A stretch of 60,264 nucleotides of DNA, filler included, from Sphacelaria rigidula (taxonomy: Eukaryota): assembly GCA_964200075.2 (NCBI GenBank). It is 9 parts of 9 records of this genome, joined end to end, with 100 filler letters (N's around TTAATTAATTAA, not from the genome) between each part and the next. Parts side by side here need not be neighbours in the genome. Positions count along the whole stretch, not along the records: positions 46,952 to 53,558 come from CAXNAA020019099.1; positions 53,659 to 60,264 come from CAXNAA020019100.1; 7 more parts are not named here. One strand, 5' to 3'. Below the pieces are notes generated by a model. It was not told the DNA's origin, made no database searches, and was given only the letters and a program-made list of their open reading frames with translations. The position numbers and the translations under genes are program-made. Shown here piece by piece: positions 46,952-60,072 of this stretch (the first letter of the stretch is position 1; each line of letters begins with the position of its first letter).

Positions 46952-49400
46952 ACTTCAACGTGAAGCTGTAGGAAGACAGGATTTCAAACCAGCGTTGAAC
47001 CCGGGCGTTGTGTTCCGCCATTTTGGCGAGGTTTTCCAAAGACTTATGGTCGGTATAAATCACAAACGGGAGGTCATAAAAATATTGTCGGAGCCGGCGC
47101 ACTCCCCAAACAATTGCACCGGCTTCTTGTTCCATGACGGACCAATTCCGTTCGTTTGGGTAGGTGGTTCGGCTCAGATGTACAATGGGGCGAACACTAG
47201 CATCGTCTTGTTCCTGTTCCAGTGTGCGGCCAAACCCAACTTTCGAAGAATCCGTGTGCAGTCGGAACGGACGGGAGCCATTTTCAGCAGCTGACCAGTC
47301 GGGAAAAACCAGAATTGGCGGCTTCGACAATGTGTCGAGCTGCTCTAGTACAATTTTTTCCATTGCCGACGTGAACACGAATTTCACCCCCGTCTTGAGG
47401 AGGGTGAGGGATTTTAGAGCTTGGGCTAAATTTGGCAGATATTGGCGGTAGTAACTCAAACCACCGAGTAAAGAGCGCAGTTGAGAGACATCGCGTGGCA
47501 TGGGCATCTCTCTAAGTTCGGCAACTTTGTAGAGGTTGGGGCTACGACCGTCAGGGCTGATACAATGGCCTAGGAACTCGATGCGTGTGGCTCCATTGCG
47601 GGATTTAGATGAGGCGAGATTCAACTTGTGTTGTTCAAAACGAGCAAAGAAGGACGCCAAATGTTTGACGTGCTCAGTAGGTGTACTGCCGTGAACCACC
47701 GCATCGTTGAGGTACATACGGCATTTGGACAGTCCATCAATGACGCGAAACATCACACGTTGAAACGCTCCTGGGGCGCCGGCGGCACCTTGTGGAGTGA
47801 CCAGTCACTCATATAGACCTGACGGGGTGCAAAACGCCGTCAGCTCGATAGAGTGCGGATCCATCACCAGTTGGTGGCAACCGGACTGCATGTCGAAGTT
47901 CGAAAAAGAATTGCCCCCGCCGATTGAGTCGATGATTTCATCTATCCGGGGAAGAGGTAGACGTGCGATTTTGGTGACTGCGTTCAATCGTTGATAATTG
48001 ACGGTCAGTCGTATCTTACCATTCTTCTTCCGGACGACAACCAAAGGCGAGGCCCACGGAGACGCTGAGTGCCGTATTAACCCGGCGGACAAGTATTCGT
48101 CGAGAATTACTTGAATTTTACTTGCTAGAAGAGGGTTTGTACGGTACGGACGCATGGCGATAGGTGTCGTACCATCGGGAATGTTGATTTTGAACGGTAT
48201 AGCGTTGCAGCGGCGTAAATCCGTTGACGATTTGGAAAACCGTTGAGAATATCGTATCAAGATGGAACGCAACCGATCAATCACCGTGGGTGTCCAACCT
48301 TCACCAGATGAATCAAACGCAATGTGTCTCAAATGGGGGGGAATCTCATCCCATAATCGTGGAAAACTAACACGTTGCTCTGGCGAGAATGTATCTAGTA
48401 AGGCAGTCGGAGGGTTTGTGTGAGGCGCATCAATCGATTCGTCTACAACCATGGGTCAGTCTTGTCGAACGAAGTGGAACCGTGTGTCTCGGAGCTGTCT
48501 GATGATGTTTGCGGTGGCACCTTCAGACATACACTCGACAAGGCTGCCCGTAGGAGGGGCGCTTGAGCAAAACCCAACAACTGACCAGGGAGGACATCGA
48601 GACATGCAGAGGACGTGATGGGTATGAATTGCCGACCCTCATGCACAAATACATCGGTCTGATCGAAGGGGGGAATACTGTCTGGGGTTTGGTGGGGATT
48701 GGTTAAGTCGACCAAGTACTGTCCAGTGAGGGCGGGGGATCCGTTCCGTCTCACCAGATTCACATGAATGTGTTAAGGTTCACGGGACAGAGAGACGACG
48801 TGGTTTCCAACATAATACCGTCGAAAAGCATCACCTGTTTGTGTTGGGTCGTCGACATAGGCCTGAGCCCCTGGATCAGCGTCGTGATGTCCCAATTGCA
48901 ATCTTCCTGTCAGTGGTCGGGTCGAAACAGGTGAGTTTGTCGTGTATGTATGTGTGGAAAAACGTTCCAGCTATCACGTCCCAAGAGAACATCAACCGAC
49001 ATGGAACCATCGGGCACAATGAGTGCCCACACAGCTAATTGTGCAGTGGGACCCGTGTCATCGAAGAATTGCACACTGAGTCGTATTGATTGATCAACCG
49101 TAAGGGGAGTGGAGGCACCAAACCCGCCAAAAACACGAGGCGGAACAGTAGGGAAGGCAATGTTTACCTGCTGCCCCAGCGTTCATCATGTGTTGCCAGC
49201 AGCTGGCTGTGATGAAAGTGTGTGGCGAGCCAGTGTCGGGCAGGGCAACGGCCATCAAAGGGCGTGTTGCATGCACTCCACTATGTATACCTATTCGGTT
49301 TGTGAAGGAGGCGTCATCCGTGAGTGCAGTTCCACTTACCAAGTCCGGTCCGTATTCCGACAAGTGATCTGCAGCCACATCGCTCTTGTTTTGTTGGGCA
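46952..49400 (-). pseudogene. pol: Gypsy pol (protease, RT, RNase H)
   Basis: ALPDTGSPHTFI (PR); SPWASPLVVVRKKNGKIRLTVNYQRLNAVT, LPRIDEI, YLND in place of YLDD (RT); HTDSSKVGFG, ERNWSVMEQEAGAIVWG, YTDHKSL (RH); in-frame TGA at 47805 and frameshifts. Confidence 0.95.
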
Positions 49401-50642
49401 ATGGTACTAAAATAGACTCGAGATTGATCCTCCGGAGCGAATGTGTTTTTCGAAGGGCCGTCGTGGCACGGGGGGTTTTGCATGGCGAGTGGTGCAGTAG
49501 ACGAATGTTGGATTTCGTACACAGTCAGGGATGGACGACGCCTGGGAAAGGAAGTGGATGTGGATGTTTGCGATAATTGTTTGGAGCTTATGAGAAACAG
49601 GGGAGAAACAGTTCTGATCGGACTGCAATTTGGACGGCACAGCCGGGGTTTATCCGGCACCATGAGACATACATGCAGGGCGTAGCGGTTTTACTGTCCC
49701 AACAGTTGTCAACGCTACTTTATTCTTCAACATGGATTCCGAGGGGTCGGCAGGAAGCGGTGCTGATCTGTTCGGGATCTGGGAAACACCGACCTGTTTT
49801 ACGACAAGGCCTTCATCCGCTGTGCCCGGCACCCGGGCACCTTCTTGATGAGCGGATGCAGCGGCAACTACAGGTGTATGTACAGTTTCATCCGGGAGAG
49901 CCTTCTCCTGGTGTCGCGTATAGCGCACTCTAGAGCCGGCTGTTCCAGGGGCTTTTGGGAAGTTGACAAGGTCAGTGCGTTCGTGGCTACACGCGTGGTG
50001 ATTGGTCGGCACTGTTGCTTGGGGTTCCTTCCCAACCCGCTGAGCTACGGAAAGCAAGGGTTCGGCACTGACGCGCGTAGTGCACGAAAAATTACGCTCA
50101 CCGAATAAAAGGGGACCGGACACACGCGGAATTTCGCACGCATGTGTTACCGTGTTCGACGGGACTCCTGAGTCCTTCTCGGGGCTGGGGAGTCTCTGTA
50201 AATGTTCCATCCTACGATGAACGGTCATAGGGGTAGCAGCTACCGTATCAGAAGATGTTCCTGCTTCTAAAGCGGTAGGCGCTACGCTACATGACTGCCG
50301 ATTCCGCGGGGCGATCGGATCCAACTGGCATTGATTACTACCACTCGGAAATACAACTGGGTGATCAGATCCAGTATGAAAACACTGGGGTTGGTCATTG
50401 CGCATTTGGAAGTCATGCAATGTTGCACGGGACTGTGCTGTCATGGAACCCATCATGACAGAACGGTCATCGCCAGCGTACCCACACCACAAGCGAGAAC
50501 CCACGCTGGCCGACGAGGATTTTGTTAAGTGGTGATGGTGCACTGGCTGAGTGAAAGAAAATATATTGCCGCGGGTTTGTTGTTGAAGGTTGTTGGGGCC
50601 CGACTGTGGACCTGTGGTCGACAATGGGGTTTGAAGTACAAG

Positions 50643-50821
50643 TGTTACGCTTCGTCGTGGGAGACAGCACAGTTGTTGAGGATTAAGGCGGAGTGAACAA
50701 AAATAAAAAGAGACATAGTGGCAGGGTACTACTGTCGACAGTTTTCGACCGACATGTAGGTCCGCGCACTCCGCACATGTAGCGGTCTATCACCTTTTGA
50801 ATTAGGTGCAGACGAAAGGGG

Positions 50822-50860
<39 letters not shown>

Positions 50861-50943
50861 GAAGGCACGCAACAAACCGTATGTGTGTGTGTGTGTTGGA
50901 ATAAATTGTAACAGCAAGAAACAAGAAAACGAAGGTTGTCACA
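50643..50943 (-). repeat. Candidate 5' LTR of the Gypsy element, contains (TA)n
   Basis: TGTGAC...GTAACA termini on the minus strand just upstream of the gag-like region; partner LTR not in window. Confidence 0.55.
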
Positions 50944-53658
50944 ATCAACAGACATACAGTGTCACCAGCGCAACAGCGTATTAACAAACCTGCATGCCAC
51001 GAAGGAATAGACGTATCGGATGAAGCGAACAGTAACGTCAAACCGTTCAGTGTTATTTTGAGACACGTTCAAGCTGAGAAAAAAAATAACTACCGAATGC
51101 CGTGTCTAGAGGCAATACCAGCGCAGCTGGCGATACTGATTATAGTACCGCGTAGGTCGCTGAAAATGGCCCCGAGTCGGGGGTTGATGACGTATCATCG
51201 TGCAGGTGAACAGTCAATAAATGTACAAGCCCAACCGTAATACAAATATGTAGTGCAGTACAACAGCAGCGTACAAAGCACCAGACAGCAAAATGCACGG
51301 TGGCACACTACAGTACATGTGATCTTCGCGTGGGGTAGCGGAGGGTCGGGTCAACGATGCTGTACCGACGTCAATTCTTTCGGATTATACGCAGAACACC
51401 CGACACCCGCTATATCCGCGCCGTGTTCACATGTACAATGCGATATAGATGAGGTGCAGATAGTACAGCAGTAACAACGTATACACACCACGGCACCTCG
51501 CCGTCCGCAACATTTTGCCCGCCGAGACCATTTGGAACTCACACACGCAGGACCGTGAGAAGAGGGTGGTACTGTAGTGTTATCACGGATGTTTGGTTCA
51601 CATACATTGTACAGGGTGGGGTCGGATGATGTACAGTCAACACCCAGGTTGGGCACAAAAAGAATGTGCTGCACGGTGAGCATATTTTGAGACAGCAAGA
51701 GACGGTCAACATTAGCTACTGAAGTATAAAAGGCCGGCGGTACATGCGGCGGGGTGGGTGTAACGAAAGGATGCGCGCTGATACAGTGCCGGTGATGGTA
51801 GAAAAGAGTTGGTGGCTGATAGAGTACGAGCAGCTTATGTAGGAAGAAATGTAATGGGGCAGGGGAGTCACGGTATAATTGGACTCTACATGGTGACTCG
51901 CATCCGCTACAGAGTAGATGCGTATCATTACTGGGGCAGTTGCCACAGATAGGCAGCTGGAACGAGTAGGTGAGGATGGTGGGAGGGCAAGTGCTATTGC
52001 TCGCGTACGTTCGCGTCCGAGTCGGCGCAGGGTGCGAGCGTCTAGTGTATCAGAGGCCCTTGAACTCATATCGCCAGGGATAGATGACAGAGCAACAACT
52101 ACAGACGGCTAGACGATGAACAAACAAAAGAGACGCGCATGCAAGGCACACAGTGGTGGTGTAGTGTACACGGCAGCTCGGCAGTCTGAACACAACGCAA
52201 CTAAAAACAAAAGGACAGCAGAGGCAGTGAGGGAGCTCCAACTGTGATGAGATAAGAATGAAAGCACCTGGTGGAGGTTGCAATGGCGTTCACCAAGAGT
52301 ATTCCAGGTTCAGACCTCTGCGTACGTTGTTTGTTTACTCAGCAGCGCGAGCTGACCACAGTCGCTCTCGTGTTGTTTTCACACAAGGAGACAACAAGCA
52401 ATTACATACAAGAGTAGCACTGTATTTGTTTCACACAATTGATTGTATCCGAGCTTCATCTACAGCTCAGTTACAGAACATAAATACAACACAAACCGAA
52501 ACAGGCCTAAGCTTTAATCAATATAACACACCAGACAAAACAGCAGCCCGACTACTGCTCTTATCTCTGGGACTCACTTTCTCGCGGTTTGTAGATACTC
52601 CAATGGTGAAACTGGTGAATCGCAGCCAAAACCCGAGATGAGATGAGAGAGTGATCGTAGGGGCTGCTATTTTGAACGCCCTTCGCCGCCCCCTAGATCA
52701 ACATAGCTAAGGTCATACCATACAATCCAAAAAGGCGTGCTCGTCAATTCATGCCATGGTTGGGTCACTACCTTTTATCGAATTCAAATACATGCTCTCC
52801 GTAGAACGTCAACCTCAAGGAGCAGCGAATTCTCCGTTAATTGAGCATGAAAATGTCCATCATTCAATGTCACTTTTGCCCAAGATCATGGCTACGTCCT
52901 GCAGTCACATCATATCACACATGTCAGAACACGAAAAACATATTTTTCGAACCTCGTTCACTTCATAGACACTAGAGAAAATTTGTGTACCAGTACACTC
53001 GTTCATTTGACAACGACTTGTACTGCGAATATCCTATCAGGGAGAGACTCGGAAAATAAAACCAAACTCTGTGAGCACAAAAAATATTTCTACCAAAATT
53101 AGCGGTTGATCAGTCCACTTCATTTCGAATTACTGATCTTTGATGCAAATTTCTCTCGTTATCCGGCTCGATAAATTCCCAAAACCGTCAAACTCATCAT
53201 CCCACTCTTAAAACATTTGCTCTTTCACAAAACAATCAATCCCTGTACGCCAAAGTCCAAATGTATACAAAGAAGTCAAATTAGGAGTTACTCTGCATAA
53301 ACAGTGCTACCACCCCAAATATATCAGGACGGATATTACTCCTTGAATAAACGCCACACCCTGAGAGAACATGAAATAAATTGCTCCGTATTAAAACGCC
53401 CTACCCCTCGATTCAATACTACATATTGATGCGCAGGGAGTATTGCTTCCAGGTGCTACATGAAAACATAACGAGTCATCCTACGATAGGGGGCGGGCAT
53501 TTTGGGCCACAAAAAAAAAAAAAAATCGAGTCAGATCGTCGTTGAAAGCAGCAACGGTNNNNNNNNNNNNNNNNNNNNNNNNNNNNNNNNNNNNNNNNNN
53601 NNTTAATTAATTAANNNNNNNNNNNNNNNNNNNNNNNNNNNNNNNNNNNNNNNNNNNN

Positions 53659-53811
53659 AGCGCCTCATATTGGCGACATTGGCTAGAATGAACCTAAGCG
53701 TGGGAATTCCCAGCTTTCCGTTGTGCTAGGCTTTTCCCATTTCAATTTACGTGAAGATTTTGTCTCTCAAAACCGTGCACTTTTGGGGGGGGGGGGCTAT
53801 CGTAGAAAGTG
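53659..53811. mobile_element. Partial copy of the 28599-28857 MITE family
   Basis: GCGCCTCATATTGGCGACATTGGC...GGGGCTATCGTAGAAAG. Confidence 0.7.
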
Positions 53812-54228
53812 TCAGGAGATGGTGTTGAATACTTGAATAGCCGTTGATCACAGTTGGGGGAGGTGGCATGAAGTAGTTGGGGACACATCGGCACGGGAGA
53901 ACATCATGTCCACCAGGAGAATCTCCGGCATGAGCTGTCGCGTTTAAGCCGATAGATGGCGTGACAGTGATCAACGGTGCACCCCATCCCCCGTCTGCCC
54001 CCCGACCCCATGCCCAACGTCATTATCATCTTGCATGCACGTCATGTGCAGGGTTAGTGTTCACATTACATTAATGCCCATCCCGGGTCCTACAAAGAAA
54101 TGAAAATGCGTGGTGCAGCCCGCGTGGAAGCTATTGATCCGAATGCGGTGGGCTGCGACGAAGCCCTCGTGCTCGCGAAACCAGAAGCAAGGCGATAGCG
54201 AGGCCTCTTGAAAAGAAATTACACTCAC

Positions 54229-54392
54229 TTGTCCGTTCCGTGCGTCACTGTCGAGCACATGGGTAGCGCGAACGTCGTTTGATTGGCCGCATCTGCTTGG
54301 AGCGACACGCATTTCAGCGGGGTCAGCTCCGCCCTCGCCCGACGTGCCGCGCCAGCGATGTTGGCGAGATATTGTCGATCCCGATCGACTCT
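54229..54392 (-). CDS. Sola/DUF7869-like transposase, exon D
   Basis: TCGCAG| RVDRDRQYL...RRARAELTPLKCVSLQADAANQTTFALP...GTD-AA |GTGAGT; resembles S-x-x-IDG-x-DQ-x-x-F-x-LP. Confidence 0.75.
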
Positions 54393-55386
54393 CTGCGAAG
54401 TGTTGGGGGGGATAAAGCGGGAGAGGATCGAGACGAGATGAACGCGGCCATCTGTAGAAGGGGATACGGCGGCAGCGGGGTAGGGATTGGGCGGGTGCGA
54501 CGACACTTTCGGTGGACCACAAGTTATTTTATACTCCGACCCCTCGTACACGGGTGTGTTGTCAGCTTCAGGGTTGGGTATGACCAGCGGCTTGAACGCC
54601 TTGCGACACGTGAGCAAAACATTCTCCAAACTACAAGGTACGCAGTTCGAACGGTACGAACACTGTCACCACACGTCGAAGCAGACCCGTCTGTCGCACG
54701 AAGCGAGGGGCCTTGCAGAGTGTACCTTTTCATGCACTCCGCGCCCCCCCCCTCCCCCACGGGCGGTCGAGAAAGACAATGAACTGGGGCCGTGCACTGG
54801 CTGCTCTGGCCAGTTAACTTCAAACTGGCCGCTGGCGCGCCCAGTACATCGAGTGTTTTCCAGTTAATCGGCTTCACCGATTGACGGGAAAACAATCATC
54901 GGCGAGCGGCGACGCCGTCAGCTGCCAACGGCCCTCCCCGGCTGGTGAGGGGGTCCCGCGGGAGCGCCGCCGCAGGCGATAAAAATTGCGGTATTCAGCT
55001 CGTTTTTTCTTCAATAATGTGGAAAATTGTACGGAATGTGACCCCTCGCATTGAGCAGCCAAACGTCTTGGGTGACACAGGAGTGCCCGACAAAAAACTC
55101 TCCGGAATCCGACGTACTCTCCCCCCTGCGGCGGTCTTACGATTGTTTGTTTTTTCATGGGGAAACACTCAATAAATAGCCATTTCGGGGCGACTTCGGT
55201 GACGTGGCGCCCATGACTGTTGGCCGTATCTGCCACCAAAACCTGCGACGCACATTGGGTGCAAGTCGACTGTGCAGCTAGTTGCGTCTAGCCTACTTGG
55301 GCAAGCCCCTTTTTCCTCTGTGGTATTTGTCTGGTCTTGTTGTCGTGGAAGTGTGATGTGCGATGTATCACCGAAACCCACGAATA

Positions 55387-55591
55387 TTGACTGATTGACT
55401 GATTGACTGATTGATTTGATTGATTATCTCACATTAGCTGATTGCAATAATCCAGCCCGTGGTCGGGAGCAGCGAAAATAGAGCAGAATAATAAAAAAAT
55501 AAAATGAAGCAAGAAAGGAACAGAAAAACGACAGAAGCAACGGCCTCAGAAAGGAAAGAAAGGGGGCAGCGATAACAACAACAAAAACACC

Positions 55592-55640
<49 letters not shown>

Positions 55641-55885
55641 ACAACAACAGACAATAGCAGAAACGAACAGCTGTAACAACAAAATAACGACAAACACAAA
55701 GACAAACACAAGCACGAACAAAGGCAAAAAGAATGATGGTCGTGCATTACGTAGCTGATTGCAACACTCCAGCTCGTAATCAGAAACAACAAGGAGAAAC
55801 ATGAAACAAACGAGAGAAAAATAAAAGAAAGGAAAAACAAATAATGATAGAACGTAAAAACAAAATAATAATAGAATGTTAAAAA
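55387..55885. repeat. Compound microsatellite / A-rich tract: (GACT/GATT)n, (CAC)n, (CAA)n
   Basis: Directly visible; source of the poly-V/poly-C ORFs. Confidence 0.9.
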
Positions 55886-56141
55886 AAGGGAATACAATAG
55901 ACAAGAAGACAGAGCCAGGCTCGTTCCGGCAGCGGGGGGGGGGAAGGGGGGGGGAGCACAGAATATACATTACTTGGCCTCACTTGGCTCCGAAGCTATA
56001 CGAAAACAGAAAGCTTCATGAACACGAATTTTAAGGTTTATATACTGCTCATCTATTTTATTTTGTTTTGTCTATTCCTCATTTATTTGTCTATTCCTCA
56101 TTTATTTCATCATTTAGTGCCCGCCCCCCCCCCCTCCCACC

Positions 56142-56200
56142 GTCTCGAAAGGGATGCGTGGTCAATGGTCAAACGACTAAGGCAAGCAACAAATGAGTAC
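56142..56200 (+). mobile_element. Family F LINE 3' end with C-rich TSD
   Basis: CCCCCCCCTCCCACC occurs immediately before and after the insert. Confidence 0.85.
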
Positions 56201-57280
56201 TCCCCCCCCTCCCACCGGCAAGACTCCAGGATTCAAACAAGGAGCATAGGGTCTCGGATGTTGTTTTTTGGGGAGGGCACTGTCGGATGACATTTAAATC
56301 CCATCGGAAGCATCTGTATTATGCAGCAGCAGACTGTCAGTGAGGAGAGGTTGATGCAAACAAGCCAAGGCTGGCAACACGCGGAGATAAGAGCGCAAAA
56401 TGATTGACGTACGGACCCACAATCACGCATGCGGTTGGATTGCAAGCCATGGGGTACTTGGTATTTTGTGGCCTCGGATAACCGTTTGTGTGCTATTTTC
56501 AACCCCAGATGTATGTCGTGCTATGAAACGAGCAGCCTGGCATACACCCGCAATATCACTTCAAGGTGCAATGACCACGAGTTCTGTACTGTACTGTCCG
56601 TACCTGTGCTGTTGTCAGGTGCAGTCCTATCGCCATTGTTCTTAGTAATCATGTGAGCATCTTTGTTGTAAACGAGCCATACTAAAAATGGTTTAAACAC
56701 AGCCGATAACTTCAAATAAACTCGATAAAGTGGAGTCCTCATCACCAGTGCCAGTGAAACACTTTTTAATTGCCAATGCAAACTGGTCCAGTTCAAAGCC
56801 CTACAAAATATCGGAAAATAATGTCCAAAAACATGTTTCTCCTGTTCCGGAACCACAACACGGAATGGAACGGTGTCTTCGCGTCAACGATGCTGGCCTG
56901 CACCCGTGCAGCCCAAAACCGGAGCGTTTGGACACACTATTTGTTGGAGCGGCCGCAGGAAATAGATGCCGGCCGTTCGATTATGATACGTGCGTCGCGC
57001 GTGGTTGCGTGGCAGAAAATAACGCCAAGCAACTGCAACGAATCTTGGAAATTACCCTGTGAAAAATGCTCGTGATTGCCTCGCATAATCGATTCACACC
57101 TATTGTGTTCGTCGTACGGTACGAGGGTGAACAGTGTCGCTGGGGCGAGGGCCGGTGAAAACAATATCCCTGTGTAATGCGTGAGAGGACGGCGTGCTTA
57201 GTGGACCGCGCCGTCGTTCAAAATACGTCAGGATCGACGTTTTGCGAACTCAATCGGATCAGTCCCTGCAGATACCACGC

Positions 57281-57325
57281 CCCTCACCCTAACCCCAACA
57301 CTAACCCTTACCCCAATCCTAACCA
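57281..57325 (+). repeat. Degenerate interstitial (CCCTAA)n-like repeat
   Basis: CCCTCA CCCTAA CCCCAA CACTAA CCCTTA CCCCAA TCCTAA. Confidence 0.65.
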
Positions 57326-58209
57326 CAGGGGAGTTCCAATTCCGATGCGATCCTCGGAGCACGCGGTCCTCCCATGCATTACATCTGAACTCACACTACC
57401 CCCCCCCCTCCACCGACAGCTCCGGATTTTGAATATTTTTTTCTCAAACGAGGCAAGTGTTTATCACCCTTTCGGGCGTCACCTGCTCAGCAAGACGTTG
57501 TCGAAACAATTCGCACGAGCCGTGCTTGGTTCGGTCGTGTGTTTCATGAATAAACTTGGATGGTGTGCAGTGGTTTGAGTAGTGTTGAGTGTTGCTTTCA
57601 ATATATTTATCAATAACAAAAGTGCTTTGATGTTTCAACATGATTCAAGTAAGCAAGGAAAAATAATCACGCCAAAAAAATAGCGCGGACCCTCCGGCGA
57701 CACCCCCTTAGTCACACTAGTGCGGCCGTTGCAGCGGTTGCTGCGGTCGCAGACGGGTGAAGAGTTTGTGGTTCGTCGCAACTGCCCCCCTCCCCCGCCT
57801 CGGTCTTTTGCCCCAAGTTATTCGTCTCGCGGTGTTTTCGCGAAAAAGTCCTTGGCTGTGCTTGTTCTGGTCTTGGGGTGCCGAACCGTAGTGATTTGAC
57901 TCACTTGTGTTTGCTACGATTGATTCATGATCACTTTGCATCATGCCAAGGATCCGGCGGTTTATGTTCGCTTCCACAGCGTGCTTCAAGCCCAAAACCA
58001 AACCAAACAAAGGTTCCGACCCAAATTTTGCCGGGGTGATTTTGCGCCATTTCATGTGCCTGGACTCAGTGTACCTCGGCTGCAACCCTAAAAGCAAAGG
58101 TTGAGGGTGCTTTCGCGCGGCACGAATCAACCACGAGTGCACGAAAATGGAGACATTTTCACACGAGGCATTGCTTCAAGAACATGCAATGCCCACAGCA
58201 TTTCCTCAC

Positions 58210-58449
58210 CTCCAGATGCTCCTTCTGCTCAGCTTTAACCGCCTCGACGATGGTGGGATCCTGTGTCGCCCTGACACCAGGAGTGCCGTTCAGGGTATCT
58301 TTGTACACGGTACAGGCGTGGCATTTCATGAACGTCGAACCGACCTTGGGCTGCAGCTTGGGTCGGTCCTCTCGCCAAACGCGATAAAAAAAAGCTTCGC
58401 TCGCAACTAATCCTCCCGTTTCCTGTCCTTTGTAAAGTGCATACAGCTC
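58210..58449 (-). CDS. Sola/DUF7869-like transposase, exon C
   Basis: CCGCAG| ELYALYKG...SEAFFYRVWREDRPKL...FMKCHACTVYK...KEHLE |GTGAGG; 80 codons, no stop. Confidence 0.82.
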
Positions 58450-59102
58450 CTGCGGGACGTACCGACCATAAACCCGACAAGGGATGATTTGTTATCGATA
58501 GAGGTAGGGTTGTACCGACGGCGTTGACACCCCCGTTGTACATCTTATGATAGTATCCTGCTGCTATATACCAGGATGACCGGCGCAAGCCCAGTCTCGG
58601 CCATCGACATATTCGTGTGATGATCTCCGCATCGACAATTCGTCCATTATATGACGTCAACGAATATCGGGTAACAGATACCTGTTCTCCAATCAACGTG
58701 GAGTTGAGAAGATTAAAAAACCAGGGGCACATGTACATTGTCCTCATGATGACAGTGACGTGCAACGGCGAGGCCCCTCGACTGCAGGTCTGACGGGGCT
58801 GCATCAACACGAAAATGAGTGCGAAAAACCGTTGTTGTACTGCTACGCAGGCTCGCCCGGGAAAGGAGCTGCAATGTACTGGCCCGGGTGAGAGCCGTGC
58901 GGAGCATCGAGCGTGGCGATCGAGCGGAAGAGTCAACGAGAGCCTTGCAGGTGCAATGAATATCAATCTAACATGAACTAAGGTAGACGTCGGGGTGTTC
59001 ATAGCTTGATCGAAGACGAAATGTTTGGGCCTAGTACAACGTCTGCGACAGGTGACACCATGCATTGCTTCGCACTTGATGTTGAACACCAGGACAACCC
59101 AC

Positions 59103-59229
59103 CTTCTTGCTTCGAAGGTAGAGGTACGTGGCGTCTCTATGGGGCATGTGCTGTCCGAAACTTGCGGCGAAGTGGTCGAGAAACGCCACGACGTGCTCGT
59201 GTCGGCTGCGTACCTGTGAGCTATCAGCC
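59103..59229 (-). CDS. Sola/DUF7869-like transposase, exon B
   Basis: ATGCAG|G ADSSQVRSRHEHVVAFLDHFAASFGQHMPHRDATYLYLRSKK |GTGGGT. Confidence 0.8.
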
Positions 59230-59819
59230 CTGCATGTCAAACACGTTGTAGGAGAAACGCCGACGGATTGACGTGGTGGGAGGTTAGACTGTACGGAGGA
59301 AGGTGGAATCAGCATCGTCACGGCACTCGGTCGATCGAAACTCGGTATAACGTGGGCTGCGCCGCTGTCATGCACTCATGGTCTGTCTGTACGGGCTTGA
59401 AGAGAGGGTGCTGTTGGCACGGCGATGTCGGCGTGCGGGATAGGTGCCTGTGCGATAGGTTGTGGGGGATTCAAATTTAAATCCCATGCGTTCAAATGAT
59501 GCAAGGGCTACGCGGTGAGGTTTGCAACACTGCGCTGGCGCTCGGGAAACATTAGTGACACCGCGACCCCATTGCTTCGCCGTGAACTTGTGCTGACTGC
59601 AGAAGTTGTGCACTTTTGTGAGGAGCTGCACGCCGCCATGATGGATCGGTGTACGCGCTGCGACCCAACTGCACTCATGAAAGCATGCCGGCCACATGAA
59701 CATCGACCAGCACTGGAAACAATGTATCCATTTTTAAACATGACCCCTGTTCCGGTCAACAACGACAGGTGAGCACCGCAGAACGACGGCGAAGTACAGT
59801 GCTCAAAACAAAAACAAGA

Positions 59820-59960
59820 AAAAGCTTTTGGGTTGACCTTTCCCCTGTGCGCCCGCCGGCAGGTACGCCCAGATACACCGAAAGGTGTACACCGGCGTGC
59901 AGGCGTCCAGAATAGATGAGACGATAAGCACCCGTGCACACACCCATACATACACGCACG
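59820..59960 (+). mobile_element. tRNA-SINE 3' portion inside transposase intron A-B
   Basis: ATACACCGAAAGGTGTACACCGGCG...CCAGAATAGATGAGAC plus CA-rich tail. Confidence 0.7.
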
Positions 59961-60072
59961 ACCCCGCGTGATCGGTGTAACAATTACAGTACACAACGAG
60001 CACGGGCGACGGGTACAGCCTGAGTAGTTGGTCTCGATCCCGCAGAACACTGTAAGTCATGGCACGACATAC

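Larger units (their letters stand above)
46952..50943 (-). mobile_element. Ty3/Gypsy LTR retrotransposon, degenerate, cut by linker after RNase H
   Basis: Domain order gag-PR-RT-RH on the minus strand; candidate 5' LTR at 50643-50943. Confidence 0.92.

Noticed and set aside
6609..53658. Regularly spaced TTAATTAATTAA motif as a biological repeat
   Set aside because: Embedded in Ns at a fixed ~6707-nt period; a concatenation linker
55424..55970. Hydrophobic or Cys-rich ORFs (also 29861-30148)
   Set aside because: Microsatellite translations
56300..57300. Extra transposase exons (APDNSTG, HDIHLG)
   Set aside because: Exons C and D already join with the expected motif spacing; these motifs are out of order and near stops
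58235..59089. 284-aa ORF as the protein of this locus
   Set aside because: Mostly intronic; the motif-bearing exon is in a different frame
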